Part shown: positions 40,555-47,891 of the stretch, piece after piece
Numbering within the stretch: position 1 is the stretch's first letter
How the letters are laid out: the number at the start of each line of letters is the position of its first letter
Assembly (NCBI RefSeq): GCF_052145395.1
Contig: NZ_JBKQOT010000827.1
Span: 1-47,891, forward strand
Direction: 5' to 3'
DNA: 47,891 nucleotides
Source: Roseiarcus sp.
Lineage (GTDB): Bacteria > Pseudomonadota > Alphaproteobacteria > Rhizobiales > Beijerinckiaceae
Notes under the pieces: generated by a model
What the model saw: the letters and a program-made list of their open reading frames with translations, nothing else
The model's database searches: none
Told to the model about the DNA's origin: nothing
Position numbers and translations under genes: made by a program

Positions 40555-40775
40555 CGGGCGCCCCAGCCGCGTCTTAAGTCTACTGCGTCGTTGCACCGTC
40601 TTTCGGTGCGTCTGCGGCGGCGCTGACGCGGGCGTCGCCGGCGATTCTGACTTTCGCACCGTCCGCGAGGTCTGGGAGGGGCGCTCATGATCAGCTTCTC
40701 GCCCCCTTCGAGCCCAGACTTGACGTCCACGGTCGTCCCGAGATCGCGGCCTCTCGTGCCGGCGTCGGACGAGAC

Positions 40776-41330
40776 TCAGTCTGCCGGGAAAAACCCCTCG
40801 ACTTCGGCCTCAAGCCCGGGCGGGTCGAGCCGGATGGCGCCGTCGCGAAGAATGCGGGTTTCGATTGCCCCCGCCTGTCCGCGCTTGTGCCAGATCATCA
40901 CTCGGCGGTCGGGGTCGAGAATGAGATAGTGCTCGACGCTCGGCACGGAGAAATAGCCGTCGAGCTTCGGCCCGTGGTCGTCCGCCGCCGTGCTCGGCGA
41001 AAGGACCTCGACCACGACCACGGGATTGGGGATCTCCATCGAATTGAGGTCGGGCGGGGCAGGGCAAACGACGAGGGCGTCGGGCTCGAACGCCGTTCTC
41101 GCGCCGACCCTCACCGTCATCCCGTCGGGAAACATGCGGCAGGCAAGGCCGGCCCGCTGAATTGCGCCCTTGAGCGATTCTTGCGCCGCGTATTTGGTCA
41201 ACGCATGAATGGCGCTCTCGGGCGCCATCAGCACGGGCTGCCCGTCGCGCAATTCCCAGCGGCCGTCGCGCCCCTGCGCCCAGACAAAGAAGGCGTCGAC
41301 GTCCATGAGGGTCGGAGAAACGTGCGACAT
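40776..41330 (-). CDS. Uma2 family endonuclease
   Basis: RWEL.DG...MAP....H, PDALV.C, P.VVVEVLSPST..D..K..Y...PSVEHYL. Confidence 0.88.
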   Translation of the reverse strand: MSHVSPTLMDVDAFFVWAQGRDGRWELRDGQPVLMAPESAIHALTKYAAQESLKGAIQRAGLACRMFPDGMTVRVGARTAFEPDALVVCPAPPDLNSMEIPNPVVVVEVLSPSTAADDHGPKLDGYFSVPSVEHYLILDPDRRVMIWHKRGQAGAIETRILRDGAIRLDPPGLEAEVEGFFPAD

Positions 41331-41457
41331 GGGCGAAACCTAGCACGCCCGCGGTATCCGGCGAAGTGTGGTGTCCACGCTGACCGCGACGCCGCGCCAT
41401 CGTCCCGGCGCAGTCCAGCCGCAAAATCTTAAGTGGGGGCGACGATAGGAGCCCGAC

Positions 41458-41706
41458 ATGACTTCGCTCGCGCTTTACGTTCGTCTCGAGGCCAAGATGG
41501 AGGAGCCCGAAACCCGCGCCTGGTTCGCGCTCCGGCTCGGGCCGAGCACGTTCGCGATCTTCGACGTTTTCGACGACGAGCACGGCCGCGACGCCCACCT
41601 CAACGGCAAGGTCGCGGCGGCGCTCATGGCGAAGGCGCCGGAGCTGTTCGCCAACTCGCTGGAAATCGTCCGGGTCGAGGTCATCGCGGACAAGCTGCCG
41701 AAGTGA
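41458..41706 (+). CDS. Antibiotic biosynthesis monooxygenase (ABM)-like protein, apparently with an in-frame internal deletion
   Basis: LYVRLEAK joins directly to MEEP.T.AWFALRLGPSTF.IFD.F.DE.GRDAHL.GKVAAALM; the usual PGKE..V..FL helix is missing. Confidence 0.65.
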   Translation: MTSLALYVRLEAKMEEPETRAWFALRLGPSTFAIFDVFDDEHGRDAHLNGKVAAALMAKAPELFANSLEIVRVEVIADKLPK

Positions 41707-41769
41707 AGGCGCGCGCGATTGTTTGCGTGCGCCGCGCGTTTCTCGCGCCAGCCCGCGCCTCCCGCCTAG

Positions 41770-43338
<1,569 letters not shown>

Positions 43339-43374
43339 GTTTCTCTCGCTTTTTCAGCAAGTTATACCTGTTTC

Positions 43375-43427
43375 TTCACCAAAGAGATCAGAAGGGACCA
43401 CGAACGCCTTCGTGACCTTTTGGTGGA
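43375..43427. repeat. Imperfect hairpin between convergent guaB and HAD genes (REP-like or terminator)
   Basis: CACCAAAG..GAAGG / CCTTCGTGACCTTTTGGTG; resembles 34754-34814. Confidence 0.5.
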
Positions 43428-43455
43428 GTTTACTCTATTCTGTCGCGGCCGGCGC

Positions 43456-44130
43456 TCACCGCCGCCCTCCGAGTTCGTCGATATGGGCGAGGAGATCGGC
43501 GGGATCTTCGTAGACGCGGAACGCGGTGGCTTTTTGAAGCTCCTCGGCGCCGTAGCCGCCGCATAAAAGGCCGACCCCGAGCGCGCGGCAGCGCGCCGCC
43601 GCCCGCATGTCCCAGATGCTGTCCCCGACCACCACTGCCGTCTCGATCGGCGCGCCGAGCTTCTCGGCCGCAGCGAGGAAGAGGTCCGGATCGGGCTTGG
43701 CGTACTTGACCTCATCGCGCGTGACGACCGGAACCTTATCCGGATCGATCCCGAGCGCCCTGAGGTTGACGCCGGCCGTCTCCATCCGTCCGCTGGTGGC
43801 GATCGCCCAGGCGATGCCGACGCTGGTCAGCCAGGCCAGCAGGTCGCGCGCGCCGGGCAGCGGGCGAATGTGGTCGGCCATGCGCTGGTAGGCGCGCGCG
43901 TGGCCCCTGCGAAGCCGCTCGCCGCGCTCCTCGTCGATTGGTATCCCGGTCTCGCGGATCAGCTGGTTGGTGAACAGCCCGCCGCTCATGCCGATCTTGC
44001 GATGGATGCGCCACACGCTGAGCTCGAGGCCCTCGTTGTCCAGCGCCTCCTTCCACGCGAGCACGTGCTGATAGACGCTGTCGACCAGCGTGCCGTCGAG
44101 ATCGAAGAGGAAGGCCGGCTCGATACGCAT
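43456..44130 (-). CDS. HAD-superfamily hydrolase (subfamily IA)
   Basis: FDLDGTLVDS, IATSG, KPDPD, VGDS.WD; GAGGAG upstream of ATG 44130. Confidence 0.92.
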   Translation of the reverse strand: MRIEPAFLFDLDGTLVDSVYQHVLAWKEALDNEGLELSVWRIHRKIGMSGGLFTNQLIRETGIPIDEERGERLRRGHARAYQRMADHIRPLPGARDLLAWLTSVGIAWAIATSGRMETAGVNLRALGIDPDKVPVVTRDEVKYAKPDPDLFLAAAEKLGAPIETAVVVGDSIWDMRAAARCRALGVGLLCGGYGAEELQKATAFRVYEDPADLLAHIDELGGRR

Positions 44131-44226
44131 GGGGGGCTCCTCGCCTGGGCGTCGGCTCATCCTACCAGAAACGCGTGACAGCCGGACGGCTCGGCCAAAG
44201 AGCCCGGCAACAGCGCCGCCCGGCGG

Positions 44227-44281
44227 CCGTTCGGGCGCGCTTCGACACGCGTTCGGCGCGCGTTCGACAGGCGTTCGGCGC
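44227..44281. repeat. Five tandem 11-bp degenerate repeats with TTCG core
   Basis: TTCG at 44230, 44241, 44252, 44263 and 44274; consensus GCGTTCGRCRC. Confidence 0.75.
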
Positions 44282-44382
44282 CGGAAAGCGGGGTCTTATT
44301 CACCCGTGTTTTGAAGTTTTTCAAGGCGTTGACTCCGAGTTTCGAGCAAAATGCAATTGCCAAGGAGTCCGACCTTGGGCGA

Positions 44383-44514
44383 GCGCCCCCTCCACCATGC
44401 TTCGCATGGTCCCCCTCCCCCGCGCGGACGCGCAGGGGAGGAAAGGCGCTCTCCTCCCCCATGAAGCGAAAGCGGAATGGGGGGACCGTCCGAAAAGGAC
44501 GGTGGTGGGGGCGC
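44383..44514. repeat. Inverted pair of alphaproteobacterial-type REP-like palindromes
   Basis: GCGCCCCCTCCACCATGCTTCGCATGGTCCCCCTCCCC..GGGGAGG followed by an inverted degenerate copy CCTCCCCC..GGGGGGACCGTCCGAAAAGGACGGTGGTGGGGGCGC. Confidence 0.7.
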
Positions 44515-44779
44515 GCGGCGCGGCGGTTTGGCAGTTACAACAAAATACGACTGCGCCTGTATGCCCTGTGGCCGCCGAGAAAGGCTTCGCAGCGGATGCG
44601 GCCCCGCGGGTGCTGAAGCAAACCCGGCGAACCCGTCCGCCCGAGTCGACAAGTCTGTCACGCGCCTCGCCTCCATGCCGCGTCGCCTGAAGATCCGTTC
44701 CAGGGCCACAGACAGAAGCGTAGCACGTTCTTCTGTTTTTCGGAACCGATAGTTCGGACGGACCGTGGGGCGAGCGCCT

Positions 44780-45199
44780 TCACGCGCCGATGATCTTGAT
44801 CAGAACGCGCTTTTTTCGGCCGCCGTCGAACTCGCCGTAAAAAATCTGCTCCCAGGGCCCGAAGTCGAGTCGGCCTTCGGTGACGGCGACCACGACCTCC
44901 CGGCCCATGACCTGGCGCTTCATGTGGGCGTCGGCGTTGTCCTCGCCGGTCCGGTTGTGGCGATAGGCCGAGACCGGCTCGTGGGGCGCAAGTTTCTCCA
45001 GCCAGGCGTCGTAGTCAGCGTGCAGCCCGCGCTCGTCGTCGTTGATGAAGACGGAGGCGGTAATGTGCATCGCGTTGACGAGGACGAGGCCCTCTTGAAC
45101 TCCGCTTTCCTGAAGCGCTGCCTCGACTTGCGGGGTGATATTGAGAAACGCCCTGCGGCCCGGCGTCTCGAACCAAAGCTCCTTGCGATAGGATTTCAT
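44780..45199 (-). CDS. yjbQ: YjbQ/UPF0047 family protein
   Basis: [42 protein letters not shown]. Confidence 0.88.
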   Translation of the reverse strand: MKSYRKELWFETPGRRAFLNITPQVEAALQESGVQEGLVLVNAMHITASVFINDDERGLHADYDAWLEKLAPHEPVSAYRHNRTGEDNADAHMKRQVMGREVVVAVTEGRLDFGPWEQIFYGEFDGGRKKRVLIKIIGA

Positions 45200-45417
45200 C
45201 GCTGCCGCCCTCCTTTAAGCGTCGCGTCATGCGGCCCGAGCTTACCGGCGAGATGAAGCGGAGTCCCGCTCCGCGCCTCGTGTCGGCAAATCGAGCGCTG
45301 GACCCGGCTCCGTTGCAGATCGGGCGGGAAGCGGACCTCCATGGACGACGCCTGTAGGGGCGGAGTCGGCCCAAAGGAGGCGTTGGCCCATTAACAACAC
45401 GCGACGACGGCGCGATG

Positions 45418-45609
45418 TCATTGAGTCAAACGACACTTGCTTGGTCGCTTTCCGGTCCAGCGCCGGAACGACTTTCGGAAATTAGCGGCGTCCGTGAAGC
45501 CGAGTAGTTCCGATATCTCCTCCACGCTGGCTTGTGTCGATTTGAGATATTCCAGCGCCAAGACTTTCCGGACGTCGTCCAAGACTTTCCGGACGTCGTC
45601 AAAGAGCCC
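45418..45609 (-). pseudogene. C-terminal HTH remnant of an AraC-family regulator (not in the ORF track)
   Basis: Translates as ..DDVRKVLALEYLKSTQASVEEISELLGFTDAANFRKSFRRWTGKRPS..*, an AraC second-HTH signature. No N-terminal part. Confidence 0.75.
45559..45600. repeat. Perfect 21-bp tandem duplication
   Basis: CAAGACTTTCCGGACGTCGTC x2. Confidence 0.9.
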
Positions 45610-45729
45610 CGTCGAACGCGCCTGAGCAACGCACTACGCCTAACTGTGAGCAGGCGCGGCGATTGGAGCCGCCGGCAGCGGTCGTACCGAACTGATCGAT
45701 CCCCATTCGCCGGTTGATCGATAGGGGGT

Positions 45730-47801
45730 TCAGCCAGTTTACGCCGCAGGTCGTCGGTGGCAACGGGCTTGTGAAGCAAGTAGAAGCCGCTCGCGTCGAT
45801 TTCGGCGATCCGCTCCTTGGCGGTGTCGCCGGTCAGCAGCAAAGTGGGGATGGCGCGGCCGGCCCGGCGCTTGATCTCCTTCGCGGTTTCGCTCCCCGTA
45901 AGCCCGGCGCCAAGCCGTTGGTCTGTGAGGATTGCATCAAATCGCCAACCGTCCTTCGCGCCGAGATCGAGAGCGTCCTCGCCACATGTCGTGAGGAGAG
46001 TTTCATAGCCCCATTCGTTCAACGTCGCTTCAAGACCAAGGCGCAAAATAGCGTTGTCCTCAATGATCAAGACGCGGCCGCCAGTATCTTCGGGCGGCGG
46101 TTGCGCCGCGACCGACGGTGCAATATCGAAAGCCAAAGGCAGCAAAAGCGAAAAGCGCGAACCGCGCCCAAGCCTTGAAGCCACTTCAACCCTCGCGCCC
46201 AATAGCTCGGCGAGGCGGGCGACGATGGCTAATCCCAAGCCTAGCCCCAAACCAAGGTCGCGGCCGGGATTGTGCAACTGGTGGAACTCCTCGAAGATTT
46301 CCGTCTGTTTGTCGGCTGGGATGCCGACGCCGGTGTCGACCACATCGATCCTGACGAACTCGCCTCTTCGTCTAGTCCCGACGAGGACGCCGCCCTCCGT
46401 AGTGCAGCGAAGGGCGTTTTCGATCAAATTGCGCAGGGCGCGCTCCAGAAGATTGGGGTCAGTGTTCGCGCACAGCCGCCGCCGCTCCGCGCGGAATTGA
46501 AGGCCCTTATCCGCCGCTTTCGGCGTGTATTCCGTCGCCAGTCGGCTGACCAACGCGCCAAGGTCGACAAATTCCGTAATAGGCACCACTACCCCAGCGT
46601 CTAGGCGTGAAATGTCGAGGACGGCGTTGAGCAGGCGATTCAAGCCACTCATCGCAGCTTTCATCATATTTACTGTTTCGGCCGCTTTCGAGTGGCTGGC
46701 GACTTGGCGTTCCAAGAGAGAGAGCAGCAGCAGCACGAGTGACTGAACCGGCTGGCGCAGATCATGGCTGGTCGCCGCCAGAAATTTGGACTTGGCTTGA
46801 TTGGCTCGTTCTGCTTCGATTTTTGCCTGGCGAAGCGCTTCTTCCAATTCTTTTTGTTCGGTGATTTGCGTATTAGTGCCGAACCACTGAATGACCTGTC
46901 CTTTCGGATCCAGAAGAGGCATGACCCGTGTCAGAAACGGCCGGAATTGGCCGTCCGCCCCGCGCAAGGGGAATGTCATGTCAAATGGCTGCCCCGTCTC
47001 GATAGAAGCCGACCAGCGTTCAAGGACCCGCTGGTAGCACTAACGGGTCGTGCACGCGTTTCCAGCCCCAGCCCTCCATCTGCTCCGGGGTCGTCCCCGT
47101 ATATTCGTACCAACGTTGGTTGAACCAATAGATATAGCCGTCCGCATGGGCGATCCACGCAAGATGCGGTATCGCGTCAGCCAGCAGCCGAAATCTTTTT
47201 TCACTTTCTCGCAGCTCTTCCTCGGCCCGCTTGGCGTCGCTGATGTCAGTTATGATGCAAATCGCGCCGGTAATGGCGCCGGTATCGTCACGCAGCGGTG
47301 ACGCGGAGACACGCGTCCACGTCAGGGCGCCATCGTCGTTGCGATATCCGGCGACAAAGCCGGGCTCGGTTTCTCCTTGCAATGCGCGGGCGCTGGGAAG
47401 GTACGACTGACCAATCTTGGCGCGATCCTCGTGATAGACGGTCCAGCGGTGATAGCCTTCGTCATCAAAAAACGGCACCTTTTCCCCAGCGAAGCGGGAC
47501 ATCCCCGAGTTCTTCAACAAGAACTTGCCGGTCATATCAACCACGCCAATAGCGACGGGCATCTGTTCAAACGCGGAGACCACTAGCGCCTTGCTTTCGC
47601 GCAACTGCTCTTCCGCGCGCTTTCTGTCGGTGATGTCGGCGCGGATGGCCACGTATTGGCGCGACTTTCCGCGCTCGTCGAGGAAGGGCACGATGGTCGT
47701 GTCCACCCAATAGATAGAGCCATCCTTGGCGCGATTTCGAATTTCGCCGCGCCAGACTCGGCCTGCGGCGATTGTCCGCCACAGGTCGCTGAAGAATTCT
47801 C
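45730..47801 (-). pseudogene. PAS-domain hybrid histidine kinase, disrupted (5' IS insertion, +1 frameshift at about 47027, native stop apparently lost)
   Basis: PAS text [27 protein letters not shown] runs up to 47801. An extra G breaks [27 protein letters not shown]-box TSHDLRQP, G boxes and a receiver ending in HKPV...LRRKL are present. Confidence 0.8.
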
Positions 47802-47891
47802 GTAACTGCCCAGGTTCTCTTGCCGTGTCAGGAGAGGCGGAGGGATTTTGCGAGGATTTGGGGATCGTCGGTGAGGGCGTCGAGGATTTTC
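47802..47891 (-). mobile_element. End of an IS66-family (ISBst12-like) insertion sequence with transposase C-terminus, cut by the window edge
   Basis: Terminus GTAACTGCCCAGG begins exactly where the PAS coding signal stops (IS66 ends begin GTAA). A minus-strand ORF tail [20 protein letters not shown] ends at 47828. Confidence 0.65.

Noticed and set aside
44227-44281. Pho box reading of the 11-bp repeats
   Set aside because: The minus-strand units (CTGTCGAA/CGCCGAA) deviate too far from CTGTCAT.
45426-46979. Intact 517-aa kinase starting at 46979
   Set aside because: It starts mid-PAS domain and is the downstream half of a frameshifted gene with a read-through tail.

Overview
GC-rich chromosomal window from an alphaproteobacterium (Rhizobiales-like, inferred from gene content and synteny such as bamE-cbp3-DUF177, trpE-ppiD/tpiA-secG and rplM-rpsI...argC). 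It is mostly housekeeping and metabolic genes: a large membrane-associated GH94 protein cut by the left edge, hppA, bamE, a PQQ quinohemoprotein alcohol dehydrogenase, a class III cyclase, an acyl-CoA ligase, trpE, ppiD, tpiA, secG, ratA, cinA, a PAS hybrid kinase, rplM, rpsI, argC, two GSTs, an RsmB-family methyltransferase, guaC and guaB. Between them are decaying accessory pieces: a hicBA + PD-(D/E)XK + EEP islet, antitoxin and AraC remnants, and a PAS kinase pseudogene cut by an IS66-like element at the right edge. Several REP-like palindrome types occur in intergenic gaps. I found no rRNA, tRNA or CRISPR array, and no complete, clearly new multi-gene system. Best leads: (1) the quinohemoprotein carries the D-Y-D lanthanide signature and has an upstream Cys/His-rich 28-aa sORF; (2) several intergenic segments combine short direct repeats (helically phased in two cases) with IHF-like sites; (3) a GH94 phosphorylase fused to an unrecognised membrane domain; (4) an orphan TAXI-like receptor translationally coupled to cinA. 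All assignments come from reading motifs by eye; no database searches were run.
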